The notes beneath the pieces are model-generated. The model saw only the letters and a list, made by a program, of their open reading frames with translations. It was not told the DNA's origin and did no database searches. Below are positions 8,061-17,057 of a DNA stretch of 41,123 nt, piece after piece (positions within the stretch are counted from its first letter, which is position 1; each line of letters starts with the position of its first letter). This DNA is from Patescibacteria group bacterium (GTDB lineage: Bacteria > Patescibacteriota > Minisyncoccia > Phycocordibacterales > EsbW-18): assembly GCA_038063815.1 (NCBI GenBank), contig JBBTUJ010000004.1, positions 1 to 41,123 of the forward strand, written 5' to 3'. Both the position numbers and the translations under genes were made by a program.

Positions 8061-10070
8061 ATGAGCAAAAGACTTATTGGTCTTGCAGGTCTTCTCGTTG
8101 CAGTTGCGCTCTTCCTCCCATCAGGAGTAAAGGCAGCAACATCAGCAGAACTCCAATTGCAGATCGACGCATTGCTTTCACAGCTTGCACAATTGCAAGG
8201 AGGTGGAAGTGCATGCTTCACGTTTACTCGCGATCTTTACGAAGGAGTTTCAGGAAACGACGTTGTGCAACTTCAGAATCATTTGAAGTCAACAGGGCAC
8301 TTCCCGGTTACTGTTAACTCAACTGGTTTCTACGGTCCAATCACCGTAGCGGCAGTTGCAGCATGGCAGTCAGGAAACGGCGTTATGCCGCCAGCTGGAT
8401 ACTTTGGTGCGATTTCGCGTGCAAAGTACAACAGCATGTGCACCATGACTGGTGGTGATGACGATGACGACACCACAGGTGATGACGATGACGACACCAC
8501 AGGTGATGACGATGACGATGATGACGATGACTTCAACTCTGGCGACGGAGAAGAAGCAGATCTCTCTGACTTTGATTCGAAGTCGGGCACAGATTCCACG
8601 CTCGAAGAGGGTCAGGAAGATGGAGAAGTTCTTGAATTTGAATTCGACGTTGACGGCTCTGATGTAGAGGTTCAGCGTGTCGAAGTTAACTTCAACTCAA
8701 GTGTTACCAGCGGTACCGGCGAAGAGGACCCATGGAAAGCATTTGATGGTGCAACTCTCTGGTTTGACGGAGAAATGGTTGCCGAGGTTGACGATCTCGA
8801 TGACGAAGACGTGTGGGACGAAGAAGTTACCAACGACGAATGGAGCTTCCGTTTCAACGGTGTTGACGTTGTTATCAACGACGGTGATACAGCAGAATTC
8901 ATCGTTGCGATGAACGTTTCAGACAGCGTTGATGGTTCAAGCACAGCTGGTGCAAACACATGGCTCGTTTCGATCGACGCGAGCGGTATCCGCGCACTCG
9001 ATGAGGCTGGTATCGACCAGTACACCGGTTCAAGCGGGGATGACGTTACAGTTGAAATTGATGTAGCAGGAGCAGACAACGAGCTCAGCGTAACCGAAGG
9101 AGATGAGGATCCTGACCCGACGGTCTTTGAAGTCGAGACAGGAGAAACATCTGACTGGCAGACAATTGGTATTTTCCAGGTTTCTGCAGATGGTGATCTT
9201 GAGCTCGATACACTTTACTTCGATATTGCAGCAGCAAACGGCAGCGATACATACGCTGGTCTCGTGAATGACATTCAGCTTCTCATCGATGGTGAGGATT
9301 ACAATGACTTCACAGTTAACAACAGCACGTCTGCAACAGGAACGGTCGTCTTTGACCTTTCTGATGACGATGTTGTCGTTGATGACGGCGAAGAAATCGA
9401 TATTGAAGTCCAAGTTGAGTTCAATGCCTTGACTGGCAACTTCGACGAGGGTGACAACATCGTTCTTAACGCATCGTCAACAGGTGTTGACATCTGGGAC
9501 GTTGAAGGTGTAAGCGACGGTGAAGACATTCCAGCAGCGCGTCTCAAGGGTTCTTACGAAGGTGAGACCCACACGGTCCGCAGCACTGGTATCGTCGCGA
9601 CATTGGTTGACACAAGCGCAGTATCACCGGTTGGTGGCGACGAAGCACAAGCGAACTTCGAAGTCGAATTCACTCTTGAGGCATTCGGCGCAGACTTCTG
9701 GATTGAAAACAGCGCAATTGTTGACACAAGTGCGGATGGTACTGACGGTGTCGAATATGCGATTCTCGACAGCACAGGTACAGCAACGACTGGTGCAAGT
9801 GTCTCTGACACACTCCAGGCAGACGGTACAAGCGCTGGCGACAACAGCTACGGATACAAGATTAGCGAAGGTTCAACACGAACATTCACACTTCTTGTAA
9901 CGTTTGACAACGACAACGTTATCTCAGGTGCGGGCTTCTACACAACACAAATCTACGGCATCAGCTTTGACGCCGATGGTGTAGCTGGTAGCGAATCCTT
10001 CATCTCGACTGGTCTTGACGACTACGAGACCGATGACGTCTACGTTTCGAACGACGACGTAGCGAACTAA
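8061..10070 (+). CDS. Secreted, highly acidic surface (S-layer-like) protein with peptidoglycan-binding-like domain
   Basis: Signal peptide, coiled segment, FTRDLYEGVSGNDVVQLQ...GFYGPITVAAVAAWQ...GYFGAISRA, then acidic beta-rich domains; start at MSKRL. Confidence 0.8.
   Translation: MSKRLIGLAGLLVAVALFLPSGVKAATSAELQLQIDALLSQLAQLQGGGSACFTFTRDLYEGVSGNDVVQLQNHLKSTGHFPVTVNSTGFYGPITVAAVAAWQSGNGVMPPAGYFGAISRAKYNSMCTMTGGDDDDDTTGDDDDDTTGDDDDDDDDDFNSGDGEEADLSDFDSKSGTDSTLEEGQEDGEVLEFEFDVDGSDVEVQRVEVNFNSSVTSGTGEEDPWKAFDGATLWFDGEMVAEVDDLDDEDVWDEEVTNDEWSFRFNGVDVVINDGDTAEFIVAMNVSDSVDGSSTAGANTWLVSIDASGIRALDEAGIDQYTGSSGDDVTVEIDVAGADNELSVTEGDEDPDPTVFEVETGETSDWQTIGIFQVSADGDLELDTLYFDIAAANGSDTYAGLVNDIQLLIDGEDYNDFTVNNSTSATGTVVFDLSDDDVVVDDGEEIDIEVQVEFNALTGNFDEGDNIVLNASSTGVDIWDVEGVSDGEDIPAARLKGSYEGETHTVRSTGIVATLVDTSAVSPVGGDEAQANFEVEFTLEAFGADFWIENSAIVDTSADGTDGVEYAILDSTGTATTGASVSDTLQADGTSAGDNSYGYKISEGSTRTFTLLVTFDNDNVISGAGFYTTQIYGISFDADGVAGSESFISTGLDDYETDDVYVSNDDVAN
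8454..8531 (+). repeat. Coding tandem repeat (24-nt unit, GDDDDDTT)
   Basis: GGTGATGACGATGACGACACCACA x2, then a poly-Asp run. Confidence 0.85.
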
Positions 10071-10114
10071 TCTCGCATAGCTTCGCAAGAAGTTATCAAG
10101 GTTAGCTTCGGCTA

Positions 10115-10150
10115 AACAAAAACCACCCCCTCAAAAGGGTGGTTTTTGTT
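10115..10150 (+). terminator. Intrinsic terminator
   Basis: AACAAAAACCACCC...GGGTGGTTTTTGTT. Confidence 0.8.
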
Positions 10151-10191
10151 ATGGGCTGGAGGTTTATTCTCTGGATGAGTATACTAATGCT

Positions 10192-10350
10192 ATGCGCGGC
10201 CTCTTTACCAAAACATTTTGTACATACCTTCTATCATTTCTGGCGCTCATCATTGTTTCTTTTGTATTCCTTCACTTCGTGAACAGGGTGGAAGAACGAA
10301 CCCGCGGACCTGAGCCGACATGTATCACATCAGACGGAAGACCTTGTTAA
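10192..10350 (+). CDS. Small single-TM protein (52 aa), not in ORF track
   Basis: MRGLFTKTFCTYLLSFLALIIVSFVFLHFVNRVEERTRGPEPTCITSDGRPC; TATACT 6 nt before the ATG; hairpin after the stop. Confidence 0.6.
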   Translation: MRGLFTKTFCTYLLSFLALIIVSFVFLHFVNRVEERTRGPEPTCITSDGRPC

Positions 10351-10366
10351 ATGAACGATGAACAAA

Positions 10367-10406
10367 ACACAGCCCATATATCGCAGTCGCGATATATGGG
10401 CTGTGT
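10367..10406. terminator. 18-bp perfect hairpin between convergent genes
   Basis: ACACAGCCCATATATCGC-AGTC-GCGATATATGGGCTGTGT. Confidence 0.6.
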
Positions 10407-10442
10407 CCCCGCATTTGCTACAAGCTAGCGAAGCCGGTCAAC

Positions 10443-10895
10443 CTAGAGAAGCTTGCTCACGATTTCCTGCACCATTTTTCCATCCGCTTTTCCCTTGAGA
10501 TCTTTCATGACGGCTGACATCAAAGCTCCTTGTTGTGCTTTATCTGTGATGCCGAGCGCTTCTTTTTTCTCCTTAACGATCTTTTCAACTTCGCCACGCT
10601 CCATCTGTGCGGGGAGAAACTCATCAATAATCTTTAATTCTGCTGTTTCACTCTCGGCAAGGTCATTCCGTCCTGCAGCAGAGAATTGCTCGATTGAATC
10701 CTTTCTCTTTTTTCCTTCTCGCGCAATGACCGCAAGAGCATCCTCATCTCCGAGTTCTTCGTCCGGCTTTCTCTTTTTTGCGATGAGTTCATTCGTAAAT
10801 GCCGCCGAGATTCCACGAAGAACGTTCAGGCGAACGACATCTTTTGCACGCATCGCGTCTTTTATCTGGTCTTTGATCGTTGTTACAAGTGTCAT
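10443..10895 (-). CDS. yqeY: GatB/YqeY domain protein
   Basis: IKDAMRAKD...KKRKDSIEQF...GRNDLAESE...FLPAQM...KGKADGK. Confidence 0.93.
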   Translation of the reverse strand: MTLVTTIKDQIKDAMRAKDVVRLNVLRGISAAFTNELIAKKRKPDEELGDEDALAVIAREGKKRKDSIEQFSAAGRNDLAESETAELKIIDEFLPAQMERGEVEKIVKEKKEALGITDKAQQGALMSAVMKDLKGKADGKMVQEIVSKLL

Positions 10896-10976
10896 GATAA
10901 GAGTTAAAAGTTATAAAGCGTAAAGTTTATAAGGTTGAAACAAAGAATATCATAGCATACGAGCGAATGTGGGGAG

Positions 10977-11016
10977 TGCAGGGACCGAATCCCTGTTTGG
11001 GGATTCGGTCCCTGCA
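10977..11016. repeat. 17-bp perfect hairpin (REP-like) in divergent promoter region
   Basis: TGCAGGGACCGAATCCC-TGTTTG-GGGATTCGGTCCCTGCA. Confidence 0.75.
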
Positions 11017-11033
11017 AAGGTATACTAGACGAT

Positions 11034-12086
11034 ATGGAAACAAGCGTTGCAATCCTGATTGGGGCTCTCTTTGTCGGCGCATGCGTTTTTGCGGCTCTTT
11101 TTTTCACTCGCAAGGGGAAGAGGGGTGGTGGCGAGGAAGGCCTTTCGCTCGTGCTTCAGCAGATGAACGAGCACTTCCGGACGATGGGAGAGAGGATGGG
11201 AGAAACAACGAAGGTTGTCCACGAGTCCCTTGCAACACAATTCGGCCAGTCGCAAAAACTCATCCAGGAGGTCACGAAAGAATTGACCGAGGTCAAAGAG
11301 ACAGGGAAGCAGGTTGTCTCGTTTGCCGATCAACTCCAGAGTTTGCAGGACATACTCAAAAATCCAAAACAGCGCGGAGTTCTTGGCGAATACTATCTTG
11401 AAACGCTTTTGAAGAATGTTCTTCCGGATGGCAGTTACAAGATGCAGTATGCGTTTGCGGACGGAACGATCGTTGATGCCGCGGTGTTTGTAAAAGACAA
11501 GGTCATTCCCATTGACTCCAAATTTTCTCTTGAGAATTACAACCGCCTCGCCGAGGAGAAAAACGGACCAGAAAGAGATCGATTAGAGAAAGTTTTTGTT
11601 GCAGATCTCAAGAATCGCATCGTTGAGACATCAAAATATATTCTTCCCGCACAGGGAACAACCGATTTTGCGTTCATGTTCATTCCACACGAAGCCATCT
11701 ATTACGATCTTTTAGTGAACAAGATTGGTTTGGTTGGGGACGATACCGAGAGTTTGATCCAGCGGGCGGCGGGGAAGCACAAGGTTATCATTGTTTCCCC
11801 CACGTCGTTCCTTGCGTATCTCCAGACAGTCCTTCAGGGTTTGAAGGGTATGAAGATCGAAGAGCAGGCAAAAGACATCATCAAACGTGTCGGGGAGTTG
11901 GGGAAACACCTGAAAGGATACGAGGAGTATCACAAAAAATTGGGAAATGCGCTTGGTACAGCGATCAATCAATACAATTTTGCGGGGGATGAATTCAAGA
12001 AACTCGACAAAGATATCGTGCGCATCGCGGGCTCGTCACCGGGGCTCGAGACACTGACACTTGAGGTGCCCGCAAAGGGCGATTGA
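11034..12086 (+). CDS. rmuC: DNA recombination protein RmuC
   Basis: N-terminal TM, coiled coil, KQRGVLGE, IPIDSKF, TDFAFMFIP.E, IVSPTS. Confidence 0.93.
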   Translation: METSVAILIGALFVGACVFAALFFTRKGKRGGGEEGLSLVLQQMNEHFRTMGERMGETTKVVHESLATQFGQSQKLIQEVTKELTEVKETGKQVVSFADQLQSLQDILKNPKQRGVLGEYYLETLLKNVLPDGSYKMQYAFADGTIVDAAVFVKDKVIPIDSKFSLENYNRLAEEKNGPERDRLEKVFVADLKNRIVETSKYILPAQGTTDFAFMFIPHEAIYYDLLVNKIGLVGDDTESLIQRAAGKHKVIIVSPTSFLAYLQTVLQGLKGMKIEEQAKDIIKRVGELGKHLKGYEEYHKKLGNALGTAINQYNFAGDEFKKLDKDIVRIAGSSPGLETLTLEVPAKGD

Positions 12087-12160
12087 TTCACTTGTAGACG
12101 AATGTTACGCTACGCGTAGAAGTTCTCAGAACTCAAACTATCTCTCGCGAAGGGGAGGCC

Positions 12161-12598
12161 ATGACGAAAAAACCACTTGAGCAACAAGTGCTTCGAGTTT
12201 GTGCTCCGCGCGCGTGGCGCGAACAACTTGAGGCTCGCACGGTCCGTCATCGTCCCACCGGGCGGAGATTTCGTCTGTGTGTTGTTCCCTACGAGGAACT
12301 CACATGGCTTCGCCTGCGAAGGAGGGTGGCTGAGTACCGCTGCCATTTTTTTCTGAACAAGGGGTCGCGTACCACGCGTCTTTCGCGGGTGGAACTTGTG
12401 GTTCAGCCGCAGTTCGACCCCGTGGCGTGGCAGGTGCGTCTCGGTGGCACAAGTCACACTGAGGACCATTCTCTCGAGCTGTCCTCGGGGCACAACCCGT
12501 CTGTTGTACAGGTGACAAGTGGTATCGAGCGCCTCCTCGTTCTTCTCCCTGAGGAACGGCTCGAGCGATGGATCGCGAAGATGTGTCTCCGCGGTTGA
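12161..12598 (+). CDS. Hypothetical protein (orphan-like)
   Basis: TTGATT-17-TACGCT promoter (12083-12111) and GGGGAGG SD before the ATG; no recognisable motif. Confidence 0.5.
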   Translation: MTKKPLEQQVLRVCAPRAWREQLEARTVRHRPTGRRFRLCVVPYEELTWLRLRRRVAEYRCHFFLNKGSRTTRLSRVELVVQPQFDPVAWQVRLGGTSHTEDHSLELSSGHNPSVVQVTSGIERLLVLLPEERLERWIAKMCLRG

Positions 12599-12737
12599 CA
12601 CGAGCAACGTTCGTTGTTAGGGAGATTCCGGCGGCTGTTATCAGCCGCCGGTCGCTCGTATAACTAAAACAATAAAAGAAAGGAAAGTCTGGAGATTGAT
12701 ATATTGATTTTGGAGATGTATACTGTTGTTCTGACAG

Positions 12738-13012
12738 AGCGGGGTAGAGCAGTAGTAGCTCGTCAGGCTCAATTTTGGGCTCCTGTGAGAGCAATCTCAC
12801 ATGGATATCCTGTCAAATTCGGTGAAGTCCTCGATCAAAAAAGATCAAGATAATACCGAGCCAAGATCGCTCTGTGCGATAAGGTGTAGAGACTAGATGG
12901 CAGGCCTCTCCTCGAGAGGAAGGTATAGTCCAGACCACAAAACGAATGTGCAGTGAAAACTGTAGTGGTATGCATAACCTGAAGGTCGCAGGTGCAATTC
13001 CTGCCCCCGCAA
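12738..13012 (+). tRNA. tRNA-Met(CAT), initiator-like, split by intron (exons 12738-12769 and 12973-13012)
   Basis: Joined exons AGCGGGGTAGAGCAGTAGTAGCTCGTCAGGCT|CATAACCTGAAGGTCGCAGGTGCAATTCCTGCCCCCGCAA fold to a cloverleaf with an unpaired 1:72. Confidence 0.9.
12770..12972 (+). ncRNA. Group I self-splicing intron (203 nt, no ORF)
   Basis: Inserted after U33; ends in G; P1 with U.G wobble; core elements GTAGAGACTAGATGG and AAGGTATAGTCC (P7). Confidence 0.88.
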
Positions 13013-13017
13013 CAAGT

Positions 13018-13053
13018 AGAAAAAAGACGTGCCGTAAGGTGCGTCTTTTTTCT
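13018..13053 (+). terminator. Intrinsic terminator after tRNA
   Basis: AGAAAAAAGACGTGCC-GTAA-GGTGCGTCTTTTTTCT. Confidence 0.75.
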
Positions 13054-13137
13054 TGCTTTTGCGAGCGGGCAGGAATTGTAGGCCGGTTGTCCAACGCTCG
13101 TTGACAGCCCATATGTAACCTTCTATTATCGATTCAT

Positions 13138-13890
13138 ATGTCATACGTACTACTCATTTGCATCGCGCTGTTCCTTCTTTTAATCAGTATCAAGCAGATT
13201 AACCAATACCAACGTGGCTTGCGCTTCACTCTTGGCCGATTTACCGGGATTATGGAGCCCGGCTGGCGTCTCGTGATTCCTGTATTCCAGTCGCATCGCA
13301 AAGTGGATATGCGCGTGAAAGCAGTAGATGTACCGGACCAGAATGCTATTACGAAAGATAACGTATCAGTCGCGGTCAATGCGGTCATCTACTATAAGGT
13401 GTCTTCCGCCGAAAAGGCGATTCTCGAGGTCGAGGACTTCTTTTATGCGATTTCCCAGTACGCACAAACAACCATGCGTAACATCGTCGGAGAAGTGACG
13501 CTCGATGAGCTTTTGAGTGGGCGCGAGTCGATTGCAAACCGCATTAAGGAAATCGTTGATAAAGAAACCGATGCGTGGGGTTTGCAGGTCAACAATGTTG
13601 AGTTGAAGGACATCCGCTTACCAGAAGCTATGGAACGAACCATCGCAAAACAAGCCGAAGCGGAACGTGAAAAACGTGCCGTCATCATTACCTCTGAAGG
13701 AGAGCTGGCTGCCTCGGAGAATATCGCACGGGCCGCCGCAACACTGTCTGCCTCGGAGGGAGCGCTCCATTTGCGCACACTACAGTCCATTAACGATGTT
13801 TCCTCCGATGCTTCAAATACTATTATCTTTACGGTTCCACTTGAGATTTTAAAGGCGGTCACGGGATTTTCAAAAAAGAGCGGGCAATAA
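13138..13890 (+). CDS. SPFH/band 7 (slipin/stomatin-like) protein
   Basis: ITKDNVSVAVNAVIYY, AQTTMRNIVG, KQAEAEREKRA, LHLRTLQ. Confidence 0.93.
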   Translation: MSYVLLICIALFLLLISIKQINQYQRGLRFTLGRFTGIMEPGWRLVIPVFQSHRKVDMRVKAVDVPDQNAITKDNVSVAVNAVIYYKVSSAEKAILEVEDFFYAISQYAQTTMRNIVGEVTLDELLSGRESIANRIKEIVDKETDAWGLQVNNVELKDIRLPEAMERTIAKQAEAEREKRAVIITSEGELAASENIARAAATLSASEGALHLRTLQSINDVSSDASNTIIFTVPLEILKAVTGFSKKSGQ

Positions 13891-13998
13891 AAGTGATATC
13901 AAAAAGCCGGTCGTTTCAAGCGCCGCGCTTTTTGTGTGGCTCTATCTTGCTTTGCCCGCTACAAAATAATACTGGTCATACAATGTTATACTGACCGC

Positions 13999-14985
13999 AT
14001 GACGCAACTTTCTCTCCGACCACACCTTCTCCTTGTTTTTTTAGTGTTCGTAATAAGCATATTCATACCTCTCTCTGTCCATGCACAAAGCCGTTATGGG
14101 GGCTATTCAAGTTCGCTTCGTAATAAGATCAACGATCTCGATGATGACGCGGTTAAGAATCTCCCGGTACCCATCCTTTTTGGTGTAACGCTTCGAATGA
14201 TCACGCCGAATTTCGGTGACTCGCGCGGAGATGGAACACGAGAGCATGAAGGGCTCGACATCATGGCACCGAAGGGGGCACCTATCATCTCTCCAACTGA
14301 TGCCGTTGTGACGCGTACAGGCAGTGGCGCAAGTTCCGGCAAATATGTTTACACAGCGAACCCCGGGGGAGAGACCTTCATATACATGCACCTCGATGAG
14401 ATAGAGGTCAAGACGGGAGACGAACTTGACGAGGGGGATCTCATTGGTTTTGTCGGCAACACAGGAAATGCTTCGGGGGGCGCACACCACCTTCACCTTG
14501 AGATTCGTGACGGTCGACGTGCGACGGACCCACACCCGCGCATTTCTATCGAGCTTTCTCTCAAAGATAAAATAAAGTTTTTGAAAAATGTTATCCGAGA
14601 AGTAGATGATGAAGATGACTTCATTGAGTTCATCGTTGAAACATACTTGGGCGAATTGTGGCAGGCAAAAGCTGTGGGTATCGAACTCCCCAATGATGTC
14701 GAAGACGAGCTCGAAGACCTTCCCGTAATAACACCCGCAGGCGCTACGACGCCGGGCGACCTCACACTCGATTCGCAGGGTTCTGCGGTTGTAACATTGC
14801 AAGGATTTCTTATTGCAAAAGATACCGGCCCTGCCGCTCGTGCACTTTCTACTGCGGGGGCAACGGGCTACTTTGGTCCAATAACACAGCGCGCACTCAT
14901 CGAGTATCAACTTGCACACGGTATCTCGCCTGCAAGCGGTTACTTCGGCCCTCGAACACGCGCATACATACTGGCGAATGAGTAA
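13999..14985 (+). CDS. M23 family peptidase with C-terminal peptidoglycan-binding domain
   Basis: HEGLD, YMHL, HLHLEI motifs; C-terminal GYFGPITQRALIEYQ...GYFGPRTR; N-terminal signal/TM. Confidence 0.9.
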   Translation: MTQLSLRPHLLLVFLVFVISIFIPLSVHAQSRYGGYSSSLRNKINDLDDDAVKNLPVPILFGVTLRMITPNFGDSRGDGTREHEGLDIMAPKGAPIISPTDAVVTRTGSGASSGKYVYTANPGGETFIYMHLDEIEVKTGDELDEGDLIGFVGNTGNASGGAHHLHLEIRDGRRATDPHPRISIELSLKDKIKFLKNVIREVDDEDDFIEFIVETYLGELWQAKAVGIELPNDVEDELEDLPVITPAGATTPGDLTLDSQGSAVVTLQGFLIAKDTGPAARALSTAGATGYFGPITQRALIEYQLAHGISPASGYFGPRTRAYILANE

Positions 14986-15008
14986 AACCTTTTTCTACAA
15001 CAAGGGCA

Positions 15009-15815
15009 TCACCGCATTCTTTGTTTTTTAAAGTGTTTCAAGAATGCGACGATGACGAAGCTGATTATGACCATAAGGAACCACGAAGTGACTTTTTGAG
15101 TTGATACTACCCTCCACACATGAACCTGATCCGGATACTGCCATGCGCCGAGATAGGTTGATATATTTTCTGCGATCCAGATAAAAAAAGCGATACAGAG
15201 AAACGATACCGTTAATGACATGCGACGAACCGCGCGGGTGATTGTAAAGGATATTTTTGTTTTCCAAAATAGGACGAATACGAGAAATATAAGGAACCAG
15301 CGAATATCGTACAAAAAGTGATTTGTAAAAAAGTTGCCATAGATAGCTATACACAAGAGAACGCTCCAAAAGTACCGAGGAGGGTTGATTAGTTCAAGTT
15401 TTAGTATTTTCCATGCTTGGCTGATGTAACTTCCTATCGCGGCGTACATAAAACCGCTATATAAAGGCACCGTCAGGATCTTAAAGAATGCATCCTCGGG
15501 GTAACTCCACGAACCAATCGCGGGGTTGGTCTTATACAGCTCAAGTACAAGGCCGATGATATGGAACAAGAATATGACCTTTACCTCGTCTTTTGTTTCA
15601 AAGCCGGAGAAATAGAGAACGCATTGGATTGCGACCGCTGCCATAAAAAGAAAGTCATATCGTGCAAGACCAAAGAGAGGGATGTGATTTGACAGGAAGA
15701 GAACAAGAAAAAAAGAGCCGGCGAATATAGCAGCTCGCGCTTCTTTGATGGCAAAAACAACGCATTTGTGCAAAAGATTCTGGAAGACGTTTTTGAATCG
15801 AGAATACATGTTCAT
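15009..15815 (-). CDS. DUF817-family membrane protein
   Basis: RYDFLF, GSWSYPE, VPLYSGFMYAAIGSY, FFIWIAENI; start uncertain (15809-15848). Confidence 0.8.
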   Translation of the reverse strand: MNMYSRFKNVFQNLLHKCVVFAIKEARAAIFAGSFFLVLFLSNHIPLFGLARYDFLFMAAVAIQCVLYFSGFETKDEVKVIFLFHIIGLVLELYKTNPAIGSWSYPEDAFFKILTVPLYSGFMYAAIGSYISQAWKILKLELINPPRYFWSVLLCIAIYGNFFTNHFLYDIRWFLIFLVFVLFWKTKISFTITRAVRRMSLTVSFLCIAFFIWIAENISTYLGAWQYPDQVHVWRVVSTQKVTSWFLMVIISFVIVAFLKHFKKQRMR

Positions 15816-15896
15816 TCTTGCTGTGGCCACCAAAATTATAACACCCATGCCTGAGCGCGGGTGTTATGGAAGGTCTATGAAATTCTGCCCCCCCTG

Positions 15897-16658
15897 TTAC
15901 TTCGTCGAGTAGTTGAGGTTCACTTCGATGATGACTTCTGATGTCCCTGTGGGGACTGATGGAGCAATGCTGTCGCCCATATCGCCACCGTAACCATAAC
16001 TATCGTAATAAGGGATTGGTTGACCGGGAACAGAGATCGGATTTTCCCACCAACCAATCACTCGCTTGAGACGCACTCCAGCCGCGTCAGCAATCGCTTG
16101 CGCACGTCCTTTTGCTTCACCAATCGCCTCGATCAAAGCCTCTTGTTTCAAATCATCAATATTCGAAGGTTCAAATGTAACGCCGAGGATCTGGTTCGCG
16201 CCGTTTTTGCTTGCGGCTTCGATTACGCTCTGAACCATCGTCTTTGATTCTGCGATTGATACTTCAACGGTAATCTGCTCGTCTGCTGTGTATCCGCTCA
16301 CTTGGCTCGGGCTCCCTTCGGGATAGTAATATTGCGGATACAAACTCAAACTGTGTGTCGAGACATTTTCTTGAGGTACACCGAGCGCAAGAAGCGCGGC
16401 GAGTATCGCGTCAATCTTTGTGTTTAAGGGTAAAAGGGCTGCTTGTGCCGTAGAACCTTCCGAGTGAACACCAAGGATTATTTTCGCGATGTCGGGAGTG
16501 TACGAAACTTCCCCGCGTCCTGTTACAGAGATCTCACGGTACGGTTGGTTAACGATGCGATCGCGCAAGATAGCAACAGTGATAATACCCGCAAGGAGAA
16601 GCATGCCGAGGATCATGACGCCATTCGTCACACCGCGGGTATAAAGGGGCTGATTCAT
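15897..16658 (-). CDS. SIMPL (DUF541) domain protein
   Basis: ISVTGRGEVSYTPD, LSLYPQY, GANQILGVTF, EAKGRAQAIADAAGVRL. Confidence 0.9.
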   Translation of the reverse strand: MNQPLYTRGVTNGVMILGMLLLAGIITVAILRDRIVNQPYREISVTGRGEVSYTPDIAKIILGVHSEGSTAQAALLPLNTKIDAILAALLALGVPQENVSTHSLSLYPQYYYPEGSPSQVSGYTADEQITVEVSIAESKTMVQSVIEAASKNGANQILGVTFEPSNIDDLKQEALIEAIGEAKGRAQAIADAAGVRLKRVIGWWENPISVPGQPIPYYDSYGYGGDMGDSIAPSVPTGTSEVIIEVNLNYSTK

Positions 16659-16805
16659 GTGTATACGGAGAAAGTGTCTAATAATTAATTTCTTGGCGGT
16701 GTACTCGGGTTAAGTACCCACGACTCGAGGCTGTGTAAGCGTATTCTAGCACCTTTGGCTCAAGCAAATTGAGGGTACTCGGGTCACTCCGATACTAAAT
16801 TGTCT

Positions 16806-16882
16806 TGGCGGAGTCGACGGGACTCGAACCCGCAACCTCTCCCGTGACAGGGGAGTGCTCTAACCAGTTGAGCTACGACTCC
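16806..16882 (-). tRNA. tRNA-Asp(GTC)
   Basis: GGAGTCGTAGCTCAACTGGTTAGAGCACTCCCCTGTCACGGGAGAGGTTGCGGGTTCGAGTCCCGTCGACTCCGCCA. Confidence 0.96.
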
Positions 16883-16932
16883 AGAACGAAATCGATTATA
16901 GCAAAAAACGTTCCGAAATCAATCTCTTTTAG

Positions 16933-17006
16933 TGCCGGGGGAGGGACTCGAACCCTCGACCTTCTCTTTATGAGTGAGATGCTCTAACCACCTGAGCTAC
17001 CCCGGC
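16933..17006 (-). tRNA. tRNA with CAT anticodon (elongator Met or Ile2)
   Basis: GCCGGGGTAGCTCAGGTGGTTAGAGCATCTCACTCATAAAGAGAAGGTCGAGGGTTCGAGTCCCTCCCCCGGCA; paired 1:72; A-A mismatch in the anticodon stem. Confidence 0.9.
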
Positions 17007-17057
17007 ATCAGGTATCCGTAGGATACAAAAAAGGAAGGTATCTGACAACCAAGAGTG

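Noticed and set aside
12813-13144. ORFs overlapping the intron as a possible homing endonuclease
   Set aside because: No LAGLIDADG, HNH or GIY-YIG motif; they run through the tRNA exon and terminator.
16697-16796. Two GTACTCGGGT copies upstream of the SIMPL gene
   Set aside because: Only 10 nt and two copies; too weak to call an element.
16805-16987. 60-aa ORF MAESTGLEPATS
   Set aside because: It is the antisense reading of two tRNA genes.
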